Shown piece after piece: positions 20,120 to 29,656 of a DNA stretch of 64,000 nucleotides (position 1 is its first letter; the number at the start of each line of letters is the position of its first letter). The position numbers were made by a program, and so were the translations under genes. Below the pieces are notes generated by a model, which searched no databases, was not told the origin of the DNA, and saw only the letters and a program-made list of their open reading frames with translations. This DNA is from Planctomycetota bacterium (lineage in GTDB: Bacteria; Planctomycetota; B15-G4): NCBI GenBank assembly GCA_965248575.1, contig CBDFJQ010000002.1, forward strand, positions 288,001 to 352,000. Reading direction: 5' to 3'.

Positions 20120-20947
20120 TCAGTAGACGCGAGCCCGGGCCTGCACGAACGAGTAGTAGAAGACCGAGTCCGGGCTGTGGGCCACGAGATCCAGCTCCTC
20201 AGCCATGCCGTCCACGATCTCCTCGTCCACCTTGCCGGCCTTGAGCAGCTCGGGTGCACCGCTGAGCAGGAGCTCGGTCCAGAAGGCGAGGAACTCGGCG
20301 CGCTCGCCGGCGTGCCGGTTGTCGAGCAGGAAGGTGCGAACCTTGGTCGTCACGTCGCGGTAGCCCACGGCCTGCAGCAGGTTGCCGAGCTTGGCGCCCA
20401 CGAAGGGGTCGCCCCCCAGCTCGATCTGCCAGTCGTTGAAAGCCATCCAGTACGCGAGGGTCTTGGGGCTGTAGGGGTCCAGGAAGAGACTGTTGTTCTG
20501 CACTTCCGTGGCGACGATGGAGGAGCCGGGCGCGAGGACGCGACGCACCTCCGCGAGAATCTGTGCGGGTTGCGCGACGTGTTCCAGGATCCAGCACAGG
20601 AAGGCGCCGTCGAAGCGGTCGGAGGGGAAGTCCAGGCGCGAGGCGTCTGCCTGCACGAGGTCGTAGCGTCCCTTGGTCCAGCCCAACCCCCCCAGGAACT
20701 CCTCGCCCGTGGCCAGGTTGGCCGGCGAGGAATCGATGCCCGTGATGTGCAGATCGGGGAAGCGGCGCAGCAGGATCTCGGTCTGGGCGCCGACCCCACA
20801 ACCCACTTCGAGCAGCTCGCGCGCGCGACGGAAGGGCAGCTTGTCGTGCACCTTGTCTTCCAGGAAGCGCGCTTGCCGGCGCAGGCGGTCCTGTTCTTTG
20901 GGTGTGAAGCCGTGCAGGTAGCCGGTGGCCTTCTGCTTGCGAGTCAT
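20120..20947 (-). CDS. class I SAM-dependent methyltransferase
   Basis: YLHG...EQ.RL, LEVGCGVG, DA..L.F...FD and WILEHV motifs. Confidence 0.92.
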   Translation of the reverse strand: MTRKQKATGYLHGFTPKEQDRLRRQARFLEDKVHDKLPFRRARELLEVGCGVGAQTEILLRRFPDLHITGIDSSPANLATGEEFLGGLGWTKGRYDLVQADASRLDFPSDRFDGAFLCWILEHVAQPAQILAEVRRVLAPGSSIVATEVQNNSLFLDPYSPKTLAYWMAFNDWQIELGGDPFVGAKLGNLLQAVGYRDVTTKVRTFLLDNRHAGERAEFLAFWTELLLSGAPELLKAGKVDEEIVDGMAEELDLVAHSPDSVFYYSFVQARARVY

Positions 20948-23238
20948 CGGCGCCGGCCTTCCACCCGGGGGCGTGGCTTGGCGGCGAGGTATTGCTCGGG
21001 CCACCATTGCTCGAAGTGTTGGTAGGTGCTGGAGGCCGCCAAGGTGATGGCAGGGTGCTCCAGGTGCGGGCGCGCCATGGCGCACAGGTCTGCGCGGCCC
21101 GCAGCCAGGATGGTGTTGCAGTGGTCCGCTCCTGCGATGGCACCGACAGCCATGACAGGCAGGCCGGTCTCGGCCCGGATGCGCTCGGCGAAGGGCACCT
21201 GGTACATGCGCCCGGTGACGGGCTTGCTGTCGGGGGTGTTGCCTGCGGTGGAGACATCCACGACATCGCAGCCACGCTCTCCGAGAGCTCGCGCGATGGC
21301 GACGCCCTCATCGGCGCTGAGTCCGCGCTCGCTGTCCTCCATCCAGTCCGTCGCGGAGATGCGCACGCCAAGGGGGCGCCCCGGGGGCCAGGCAGCGCGC
21401 ACGGCGTCGAGCACCTCGAGCGGGAAGCGCAGGCGGTTTTCGAGGCTGCCTCCATACTCGTCCTCGCGCCGGTTGGAGGCGGGGGAGAGGAAGCTCGAAA
21501 GCAGATAGCCGTGGGCCATGTGCAGTTCGATCATGTCGAAGCCTGCGCGGGCGGCGCGTTCCGCTGCGGCGACGAAGTCGTTCCGCACACGGTCCATGTC
21601 GCCTCTGTCCATCTCCTTCGGCGTGGGCCAGCCGCTGTCGAAGGGGAGCGGGGAAGGGCCTATCGACTGCCAGGCGCTGTCATCCCCGAGGGGGGAGTCT
21701 CCTTCCCAGGGCAGATGGCAGGACGCCTTGCGACCTGCGTGGGCCAGTTGCTGGCAGATCTTGGCCTGGCTGTGGTCGTGGACGAAGGACACGATGCGCG
21801 CCCAGGCTTGTTCCTGGGCGTCATTCCACATGCCAGCGCAGCCGTGGGTGATGCGCCCTTCGGCGGAGACGTCTGTCATCTCCGTGATCACGAGACCGGC
21901 GCCACCCACGGCACGGCTCCCCAGGTGCATCAGGTGCCAGTCGCCCACCACGCCTTCGGTGGCCGAGTACTGGCACATGGGGGAGACGACGATCCGGTTG
22001 GCCAGGGTCATCTCGCCGACCCGGAAGGGGGCAAAGAGCGGGGGCGGCGAATGACCATCGCCCGTCTTCCAGTTGCGGACTTCGTCGCCGAACGGCGCCG
22101 ACTGTTCCTCCCACCACCAGTTGCGGACCGACGTCACCAGCTCTGGGTCCCGAAGCGCGAGGTTGTCGAAGGTGATGGCCTTGCTGCGAGTCATGAGGTT
22201 GAAGCTGAACTGCAGCGGGTGCTGCTCGATGTAGCGACTGCTGTTCTCGAACCATTCCAGACTGGTCTGGGCCGTCTTCTGCAGCTTCGCACCGTCCACC
22301 CAGCGCGCTTCTTCGTAGGCGCGCAGTGCCGCAGGGATGTCGTCCGTCCCGTGCTTCACCAGGGTTTCCACGAGGGCGATGGCATCCTCCATCGCCAGCT
22401 TGGTTCCGGAGCCGATGGAGAAGTGCGCCGTGTGCGCGGCGTCACCCACGAGCACGATGTTGTCCTTGCACCAGGTCTCGTTGCGCACCGTGGGGAAGGT
22501 GCGCCAGATGGAGCGGTTGCCCAGCAGCTTGTGCCCGTTCAGGTATTCGGCAAAGAGCTCTTCGAAGTAGGCAATCGTGCTGGCTTCATCGGCACTGTCG
22601 AGGCCCGCTGCTGCCCAGGTCTCCTCACGACATTCGACGATGAAGGTGCCGAGGCCCTCCTCAAACGGATAGGCGTGCACCTGGAACAAGCCGTGTTCAT
22701 TCGACTTGAAGATGAAGGTGAAGGCCTCCATGGGCAGCGTGGTGCCCAACCAGGTGAACTTGCACTTGCGCCAGTCGAGGGAGGGTTGGAAATGTTCGGA
22801 GAACTGCTCGCGCGTGGCGCTGTTGATGCCATCTGCCGCCAGGATGAGGTCTGCCGGGCCCACGTCTTCGACTGTCGCTACGTTGCTCTCGAACTCCAGG
22901 TTCACGCCCAGCTCGACACAGCGGGCTTGCAGGATCTGCAGCAGGCGCTTGCGCGACATGCCGCAGAAGCCGTGGCCCGTAGAGCGGACGCAGGTGTCGC
23001 CGTAATACGTCTCGATGTCGCCCCAGTAGATGAACTGCTGGGTGATGGAGTCGTAGGATTGGGCGTCGCTGTCGCGGAAGTGGGAGAGGGTCTCGGCGGA
23101 GAAGACCACACCCCAACCAAAGGTGTCGTCAGCCTTGTTCCGCTCGTGGAGGGTGATGTCGGCGGCCGGGAAGGCCTTCTTCATGAGGATGCTGAAGTAG
23201 AGCCCCGCGGGGCCGCCGCCTATGGACACGATACGCAT
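20944..23238 (-). CDS. bifunctional salicylyl-CoA 5-hydroxylase / 2-aminobenzoyl-CoA monooxygenase-reductase (AbmA-like; FAD monooxygenase fused to OYE domain)
   Basis: GGGPAGLY, DTFGWGVVFS, GDAAHTAHFSIGSGTKLAMED; NRIVVSPMCQYSA, HAGRK, HMAHGYLL, DEYGGSLENR. Confidence 0.93.
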   Translation of the reverse strand: MRIVSIGGGPAGLYFSILMKKAFPAADITLHERNKADDTFGWGVVFSAETLSHFRDSDAQSYDSITQQFIYWGDIETYYGDTCVRSTGHGFCGMSRKRLLQILQARCVELGVNLEFESNVATVEDVGPADLILAADGINSATREQFSEHFQPSLDWRKCKFTWLGTTLPMEAFTFIFKSNEHGLFQVHAYPFEEGLGTFIVECREETWAAAGLDSADEASTIAYFEELFAEYLNGHKLLGNRSIWRTFPTVRNETWCKDNIVLVGDAAHTAHFSIGSGTKLAMEDAIALVETLVKHGTDDIPAALRAYEEARWVDGAKLQKTAQTSLEWFENSSRYIEQHPLQFSFNLMTRSKAITFDNLALRDPELVTSVRNWWWEEQSAPFGDEVRNWKTGDGHSPPPLFAPFRVGEMTLANRIVVSPMCQYSATEGVVGDWHLMHLGSRAVGGAGLVITEMTDVSAEGRITHGCAGMWNDAQEQAWARIVSFVHDHSQAKICQQLAHAGRKASCHLPWEGDSPLGDDSAWQSIGPSPLPFDSGWPTPKEMDRGDMDRVRNDFVAAAERAARAGFDMIELHMAHGYLLSSFLSPASNRREDEYGGSLENRLRFPLEVLDAVRAAWPPGRPLGVRISATDWMEDSERGLSADEGVAIARALGERGCDVVDVSTAGNTPDSKPVTGRMYQVPFAERIRAETGLPVMAVGAIAGADHCNTILAAGRADLCAMARPHLEHPAITLAASSTYQHFEQWWPEQYLAAKPRPRVEGRRR

Positions 23239-23325
23239 CACCACATCATAGGACTCACGGGTCCTGGATGCGCCTGTTCCGTACCGGATGCCCGGGTGCT
23301 GTCGAACTGACTGGCCGAACCGGCG

Positions 23326-24510
23326 CTAGGAGCGCTTCAAGAACAGGTAGTACATCTGCCCTTCCGAGACAGTCACGCCGGCCCGCAGCTCGGCGCTCTC
23401 GCCGACGCCCAGATAGATATCTGCCCTGCCCGCCGTGCGGATGGCCCCGCCCGTGTCCTGGTCGAGCATGAGCTGCCGGAAGGCCTTCTTGCCCTGCCCC
23501 TTGTCACCGGGAACCTGGGTGTCGACGAAGACCAGGGCACCGCGCGGGAAGAGCGACTTGTCGGTGGCCAAGGTGCGCTCGGCACTGACCGGGACGTTCA
23601 GGCTTCCATGGGGCAGGCCATTGATGGGGGTGAAGAAGACATAGGACTCGTTGCGCCGCAGGTAGGAGAGGACGCGGCTCTCGGGTGTCCTGGCGGCCCA
23701 AGCGCGCAGGGCAGGCAGGCCCGGGTCTCCCGGCTGGATCTCCCCATCGCGCTCAAGTGCGGCTCGCAAGGAGGAGTACTCCCGGCCGTTCTTGCCGGAA
23801 TAGCCCAGGCGCAGCAGGGACTCATCGGGCAAGCGGACCACGGCCGAACCATTCACGTGGGCGATGTAGGCGTCGATGGGGTCCTTGAGCCACACGAGTT
23901 CGAGGCCCTTGTTGGCCAGCAGATGGCGGCTCTCAATGCTGCTGCGGGTGGGGTAGTCCGAGAGCCCGCTGTCGGTGCGTTGCCCCAGGATGCGGCCGTT
24001 CTTGCCCTTCTCCAGGTCCTCGGGGAGGGCGTACAGCGGGAAGCGGTAGGTCGCGTTCTTGCTCACGCTGCCTTCGAGAATGGGGGTGCAGTAGCCCGTG
24101 AACAGAACCCCGCCTCCCCGTCCATCCCAGCCTGCGCTGCGATAGACGTCGAATTCGGAATCGACCTGGCTTGCGAAGGCTGCTGAGGACGCGCTGCTCA
24201 CCAGGATCTCGCGAAATCGCTCGAGGCTCTCCAGGGCCCGCCCGTGGTCAATGCCCGCAGCAGGGAAGTGCTGTTTGGCGGAGGGCTTGCGCGTCCAGGC
24301 GATGGAAAGGTCCAGTGCAGGGAGTAGCTCCCGTCGCCCGAACCACTGCGCTCGCAGGTCTGGCCGCCGCTCCTGAGGCCCCAGGGGGATCAGGGCTTCA
24401 GCGCCTACGGGCAGCGCCCGCCCGTAATCGGGTTCGACGGAGGGGGTGATGCAAGCAGTGACGGTCGCGAGCACCCAACAGACCATGAGACAGCGCGTGG
24501 TGTGGTTCAC
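23326..24510 (-). CDS. mltA: membrane-bound lytic murein transglycosylase A (lipoprotein)
   Basis: Lipobox-like VTAC; LFTGY..P, N.SYVFF, LATD and DQDTGGAI...GRADIY.G (3D domain). Confidence 0.92.
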   Translation of the reverse strand: MNHTTRCLMVCWVLATVTACITPSVEPDYGRALPVGAEALIPLGPQERRPDLRAQWFGRRELLPALDLSIAWTRKPSAKQHFPAAGIDHGRALESLERFREILVSSASSAAFASQVDSEFDVYRSAGWDGRGGGVLFTGYCTPILEGSVSKNATYRFPLYALPEDLEKGKNGRILGQRTDSGLSDYPTRSSIESRHLLANKGLELVWLKDPIDAYIAHVNGSAVVRLPDESLLRLGYSGKNGREYSSLRAALERDGEIQPGDPGLPALRAWAARTPESRVLSYLRRNESYVFFTPINGLPHGSLNVPVSAERTLATDKSLFPRGALVFVDTQVPGDKGQGKKAFRQLMLDQDTGGAIRTAGRADIYLGVGESAELRAGVTVSEGQMYYLFLKRS

Positions 24511-24694
24511 GAACTCACACTATCAACGGTCATCGACGTCTCAAGCCTTCACTCCTGGAGTTGTTGGCTTGGTGTGGGCCTCGCATGACGTCACCCAGGG
24601 GCCCTGTTGGGGCTCAGGGGATTCGTCTGCCAATCATCTAGACTGCCCGGCTCGGCCCCACGCGGGGACATTCTGAGCCCAGAAGCGAAGGTTC

Positions 24695-27184
24695 ATGACT
24701 CAAAACAAGACCCGAGACGGTTCCGCTCGAGGCCCCGTGGGGCGGCTGCTGGGGCTGTTCGACAGCGTCACCCTGGGCATCGTGCTGCTCATCATCCTGT
24801 TCGTGTACTGCACGGTGGGATCGGCAGGCATCTTCTACCCTGAGGGCGGGCGCTTCTGGTCCGGAGCTGCGTGGACCTACGCACAGCTGCGCACCTTCCG
24901 CGGGCTGGAGATGACCGAGTACGAGTGGTTCAACTGGTGGCCGTTCGGGCTGTTGATGGGTTTGATCTGCGTCACCATCATCGTGGTCACGCTGCGCCGC
25001 ATCCGCTTGAACACCCTCAACCTGGGTGTGTGGATGATCCACACCGGCATCATCATTCTTTGTCTGGCGAGCGCTTGGTACTTCGGCACCAAGGTCGAAG
25101 GGGATACGCCTGTCGTGCGGCGCCAGGTCAGCGTGCAGCTCCCCGCGGGAGAGCCCAATGCCCCGGGCGGAGAACGCAGCGGTCATCTGCCCGCCATTCC
25201 GGGTGCCGGATTGGAGCTGTCCGGTTGGCGCTTCGACGTGGTCAGCGTGAACCCCGACTACACGATGCTTTCGGGCCCCGACGAGGGCGGCCGCGACTAC
25301 AGCGTCACGGTGTCCGTGGTTCCGCCTGCGGGCGAGTCGTTCATGCGGCAGCTGTTGGCCCAGCATCCGGAAAACACCGAGGACGTCGTTCGCACGGGCG
25401 ACCCAAGCCAGCCCATGATGCGTGCGATCAAGGCGATCGGAACCGCCCTCGTCGACGAAGAGCTCGGCATGAGGTTGGACTACCTGCCCCAGGAGCACTT
25501 CTACCTCGCCAACTGGGTGGAGAAATCCTGGGCGCTGTACGTGCGCGAGGTCAACGCCGACGGGATGAGGGGTGAGTGGGCGCAACGTCCCTTGGAGGGG
25601 ATGCCGCTCTACAACGACTACGTCACGGACCCCCAGGAGGTGTGGCTGGAGCCGGGCGAGAGCTTGCCAGCCGACCCCCTGCGGGCGACGGCTTCAGCAC
25701 AGGAAGAGCACGACGTCTTGGGGGACGTGGAGCTGCGCATCACCAGCTACCTGCGCTACGCGACGCTGGAGAGCCGACGCATTCCTGGAGGCGCCGAGCT
25801 CGACCCCTTCTTGAGCTTCCGGATGGAGGACGATCAGAACGACGCCTTCCTCGACGTGCAGATGGCCGCCTTTCGCCCCGAAGAGGACACGGCCGATGTT
25901 GGCGTGGGCTTCGTGTGGGTGAACTCCCTGGAAGAACGGGCTGCGCTGATCGAACCAGCGGCTCCTCGTCTCTACTTCCAGGCGCCGGGCATGGGCGAGG
26001 AGCTAGAAGTCCCGGTGCGCGAGGTGTCGGTGCAGAACCCCGCGTTGGCCTTCCGCGAGCTGCCAGGCACGTCCTATGAATACCGCGTGGAGTTCGTGCA
26101 GGACCTTCGTTCCGAAGGCGTCCTGGCCAGTGTGGAATTGCGCACACCCGACCGGCACTTCCGTCGCTGGGTCTTCGACCCCGAGCATGCGTCCCGAACG
26201 ATGGATGTGAGCCTCGCGTCGCCAGAAGAGCACGACCACGACGACCATTCCGGGCACACCCATGCGCCGAACCTGATTCCCGAGGACGTCTATGCCCTGG
26301 ACCCGGGGTTGAGCGTTCGCTTCGAGCCCGGAAACGCTCCGCCGCGGGTGCTGCTCGTGGCGGGCCCTGAGCAGGACGCGTTGGGTGTCGCCTTGCAACT
26401 GGGCTCGGTCCAGGACGGCGCCTATGTTCCGCTCCAGCTGGGCGAGCCCGTGTCGTTGGGTGGGGGCCGGAGTCTGACTGTCCTCAGTTATGCGGCCCGG
26501 AGTCATCGTGAGCAACGGCCAGCGGTCGTGCCGTTGGCTGCACGGAACAGGGATGCCCGGGAGCGACGGGCCATGGCGCGCTTCGAGTTCGCCGTGGGTG
26601 GTCGGGTGGAGTCCTCCTGGCTCACCTTCCATGAGTACGTGTTCGATGAAGCGGACAACGACGCGTTGCGTTTCTCTCCGGCCCTGCGTCGTTATCCCTT
26701 TGCCCCGACGGCCGTGGATCTCGCCGATGGTCGACGGGTCGAGCTGATGCTCTCGCGACAGCGACGCAAGCTGCCCGAGCCTGTCGTGCTGGACGACTTC
26801 GAACTCAGTGCACACATCGGTGGCTACTCGGGGCAGACCAACAGCATCCAGAACTGGACCAGCCAGATTCGTTTCCTGGACGAGCAGGGCGCTGCGTCAG
26901 AACGACAGGCCGTCACGGTGAATGCCCCTGCTGAACGAGCCGGGCTGTGGTACTTCCAAGCCGCGTGGGACCCGCCGGAGAAGGGGCGCTTCCGGGGGGA
27001 GCCGGACAGCAATGGTCTCAACTACACGGTGCTGGGGGTGGGCAACAGGAATGGCGTGGTGACGCAGCTGGTGGGCTGCACCATTGCCGTGCTCGGCATG
27101 CTGTACGCTTTCTACGTGAAACCCGTCCTGGTTCGCAGGAGGCGCCGGCCAAGGCCCCAGGGCATGGCGGGAGGAAAGGCCTGA
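24695..27184 (+). CDS. ResB/CcsB-like cytochrome c biogenesis membrane protein
   Basis: N-terminal TMs with MIHTG; large periplasmic domain; VNAP....WYFQ; C-terminal TM GML.AFYVKP; translationally coupled to ccsA. Confidence 0.78.
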   Translation: MTQNKTRDGSARGPVGRLLGLFDSVTLGIVLLIILFVYCTVGSAGIFYPEGGRFWSGAAWTYAQLRTFRGLEMTEYEWFNWWPFGLLMGLICVTIIVVTLRRIRLNTLNLGVWMIHTGIIILCLASAWYFGTKVEGDTPVVRRQVSVQLPAGEPNAPGGERSGHLPAIPGAGLELSGWRFDVVSVNPDYTMLSGPDEGGRDYSVTVSVVPPAGESFMRQLLAQHPENTEDVVRTGDPSQPMMRAIKAIGTALVDEELGMRLDYLPQEHFYLANWVEKSWALYVREVNADGMRGEWAQRPLEGMPLYNDYVTDPQEVWLEPGESLPADPLRATASAQEEHDVLGDVELRITSYLRYATLESRRIPGGAELDPFLSFRMEDDQNDAFLDVQMAAFRPEEDTADVGVGFVWVNSLEERAALIEPAAPRLYFQAPGMGEELEVPVREVSVQNPALAFRELPGTSYEYRVEFVQDLRSEGVLASVELRTPDRHFRRWVFDPEHASRTMDVSLASPEEHDHDDHSGHTHAPNLIPEDVYALDPGLSVRFEPGNAPPRVLLVAGPEQDALGVALQLGSVQDGAYVPLQLGEPVSLGGGRSLTVLSYAARSHREQRPAVVPLAARNRDARERRAMARFEFAVGGRVESSWLTFHEYVFDEADNDALRFSPALRRYPFAPTAVDLADGRRVELMLSRQRRKLPEPVVLDDFELSAHIGGYSGQTNSIQNWTSQIRFLDEQGAASERQAVTVNAPAERAGLWYFQAAWDPPEKGRFRGEPDSNGLNYTVLGVGNRNGVVTQLVGCTIAVLGMLYAFYVKPVLVRRRRRPRPQGMAGGKA

Positions 27185-28938
27185 TGAAGCCTCGTCAACG
27201 GTTTGCCATCGCGGTGGTGGGTCTGATCATCGCCCTGGTTGCGTTCAGCGGTTGGATGTCAGCGCGGCGCCGCGCCCCGGAGGCACCGAAGACTGCCTTC
27301 TGCGAAGCCGTCGATCTGACGGCCTTGGAGAACGTGGCGGTGCATGCCAACGGCCGCCTGAAGTCCTTCGCCTCCTTCGCCCATGAGCGCATGGGGTGGG
27401 TCATGGGGTCGCGGTCCTATCGTCAGCAGTCGCCTGCCTTCACCTACCTGGATCTACTCTTCCGGCCGGACGCCTATGTCGACGAAGACATCCTGTTCGT
27501 GAAGAACAAGAACCTGCGCGCGGACATCCGCAGGGCGTTCGAGACGTCCCCAGTGATGGCGTCGAATCCCGCCAGCTACGAAGCGCGCTTGGACGCCTTT
27601 ATGAAGTGGGGCCTGATTTCGGAGCCCATGCTGGCGACCCAGGAGGTGCAGCTGCGCCTCAGCGATCTGGAGCGCGACTTGATGCGCTCGGCGCGTTTCG
27701 TGGGAGCCCTGAGCGGCGCCCTTCGAACCAAGGACCCCCGGATGTTAGGCCAGGAACTGCGCCTTGTGCCGCCCCCGGATGGCGATGGACAGGCTCCCTG
27801 GGCAAGCCTCGGGCCCACGGGCCAGAGCATGAACACGCCCCAGGACCCGGCCCTGGCTGAACGACTGAGCAGCGCCTGGGGCGACCTGGCCCAGGAGTGG
27901 ATGGCGCAGAATGCGGTGGGAGTGAATGTTGCCGCTGCGCAGCTCGCGGAGACACTTCCCCTGCTCGAGCCGGATCTGTACCCGAACCTACGGAAGCTGT
28001 CCTGGGAGAGCTGGTATTTCCACAACGGCAACATGACCTGGATCTGGGTGGTCTACCTGCTCAGCGTGGTGTTGTTGCTCCTGTACCTGGTCTACCGCTG
28101 GCCGGGGGCGGGGCGCCTGGGTCTCGCTGCCTTCGGCGCGGCCTTCCTGCTGCAGACCTCAGCGCTGGGTTTGCGCTGGTGGGTCTCGGGGCGCTGGCCC
28201 AACAGCAACATGTTCGAGGCGGTGACGACCTCGGCTTGGATGGGCGGTTGCGCCGCCCTTGTCTTCGAGTTCTTCGGCCGTCGCAGCGCCATGGCCAAGC
28301 TGTTCGCGCTGGCGAGTGCGGCGGCAAGCATGATCGCGTTGATGAGCGCCCACTTCCTGCCGCTGCAGTTGAACCCGAACATCGGCAATATGATGCCGGT
28401 CCTGCACGACATCTGGCTCTACATCCACACCAACGTGATCATCTGGAGTTACATCCTGATCTTCATGGCCGCAGTCACGGGCTTGCTCTACCTGATCCAT
28501 CGTGCGTGCGGCGCGCAGCGCGAGTCATTGCAGCTGGCGGGGGCGAGCATGGCTAGCGCGCGCATCCCAGAGCCGACGAAGGATGGCGGTGGGACCCTGG
28601 GCCAGGGCGTCGCTCTCGAGGAGGACAAGGGGCTCGGTACAGTCCTGGACGGTGTGACCATGGCGCTCATGAAGCTGTCCTTCGTGATGCTCTGGGCGGG
28701 GCTGGTCATGGGGGCGATCTGGGCCGACCATTCCTGGGGGCGCCCCTGGGGTTGGGACCCCAAGGAGGTGTTCGCGCTGTGCACCTTCATCATCTTCGCG
28801 GTGCTGGTCCACGTGCGTTGGAAGAGTCGCGACAAAGGCCTCTGGACAGCCGTCTTGGCAGTGATCGGAGCCGTCGTGATGTTGTTCAACTGGATCGTCA
28901 TCAACTTCTACATCTCTGGCCTCCACAGCTACGCCTGA
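27184..28938 (+). CDS. ccsA: cytochrome c biogenesis protein CcsA (system II)
   Basis: GR.K.F, P.SNMFE, PVL...WL.IH, WADHSWGRPWGWDPKE (WWD domain) and GLHSYA terminus. Confidence 0.93.
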   Translation: MKPRQRFAIAVVGLIIALVAFSGWMSARRRAPEAPKTAFCEAVDLTALENVAVHANGRLKSFASFAHERMGWVMGSRSYRQQSPAFTYLDLLFRPDAYVDEDILFVKNKNLRADIRRAFETSPVMASNPASYEARLDAFMKWGLISEPMLATQEVQLRLSDLERDLMRSARFVGALSGALRTKDPRMLGQELRLVPPPDGDGQAPWASLGPTGQSMNTPQDPALAERLSSAWGDLAQEWMAQNAVGVNVAAAQLAETLPLLEPDLYPNLRKLSWESWYFHNGNMTWIWVVYLLSVVLLLLYLVYRWPGAGRLGLAAFGAAFLLQTSALGLRWWVSGRWPNSNMFEAVTTSAWMGGCAALVFEFFGRRSAMAKLFALASAAASMIALMSAHFLPLQLNPNIGNMMPVLHDIWLYIHTNVIIWSYILIFMAAVTGLLYLIHRACGAQRESLQLAGASMASARIPEPTKDGGGTLGQGVALEEDKGLGTVLDGVTMALMKLSFVMLWAGLVMGAIWADHSWGRPWGWDPKEVFALCTFIIFAVLVHVRWKSRDKGLWTAVLAVIGAVVMLFNWIVINFYISGLHSYA

Positions 28939-28939
28939 C

Positions 28940-29656
28940 ATGAGTCTGCCTGCAATCTCCAAGCGGCTGAGCCGCCAGGTCGGCGCGTTGGAGTTCGCGC
29001 CGCCGGTTAGCTACGTCTACAACCCGGTGGACTACGCATCCGTGACACACGGGCACTACCTCAAGCGCTTTGCGAAGACCGGTTGTGACGCCCTCCTGCT
29101 GGGGATGAACCCCGGCCCCTACGGTATGGCGCAGACGGGCGTGCCCTTCGGCGAGGTGGAGATGGTGCGGGATTGGATGGGGATCTCAGGCCGCGTTCGA
29201 CGCCCCGATCCGGAGCACCCCAAACGCCTGGTCCAGGGCTTTGAGTGTGCGCGCAGCGAGGTCAGTGGCCGGCGCGTCTGGGGTTGGGCGAAAGAGCGTT
29301 TCGGCACACCCGAGGCCTTCTTCAAGCACTACTTCGTCTGGAACTACTGCCCGCTTTCGTTCATGGAGGAGAGTGGGCGGAACCGCACGCCGGACAAGCT
29401 GCCGGAACCCGAGCGCGCAGCGCTCTACGCCGCCTGCGACCAGGGGCTGAGGGACGTGGTGAAGTTCCTGAAGCCGCGCCATGTCATCGGCATCGGGGCC
29501 TTCGCCCAGACACGTGCGCAGAAGGCGCTCGGTGACGCGGTGGACGTCGGGCGTATCCTGCATCCCAGCCCGGCGAGCCCCATCGCCAATCGAGGTTGGG
29601 CCGAGCAGGCCGAGCGCCAGCTGAGCGAGCTGGGCCTTCCGGTCGTCCCGGGTTAG
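28940..29656 (+). CDS. SMUG1-type (family 3) uracil-DNA glycosylase
   Basis: YVYNP..YA, GMNPGPYGMAQTGVPFG, SEVSG.R.W, NYCPL and HPSP motifs. Confidence 0.93.
   Translation: MSLPAISKRLSRQVGALEFAPPVSYVYNPVDYASVTHGHYLKRFAKTGCDALLLGMNPGPYGMAQTGVPFGEVEMVRDWMGISGRVRRPDPEHPKRLVQGFECARSEVSGRRVWGWAKERFGTPEAFFKHYFVWNYCPLSFMEESGRNRTPDKLPEPERAALYAACDQGLRDVVKFLKPRHVIGIGAFAQTRAQKALGDAVDVGRILHPSPASPIANRGWAEQAERQLSELGLPVVPG

Noticed and set aside
20992..23310. 772-aa + strand ORF
   Set aside because: Antisense shadow of the well-supported monooxygenase gene; typical of high-GC codon bias; no motifs.
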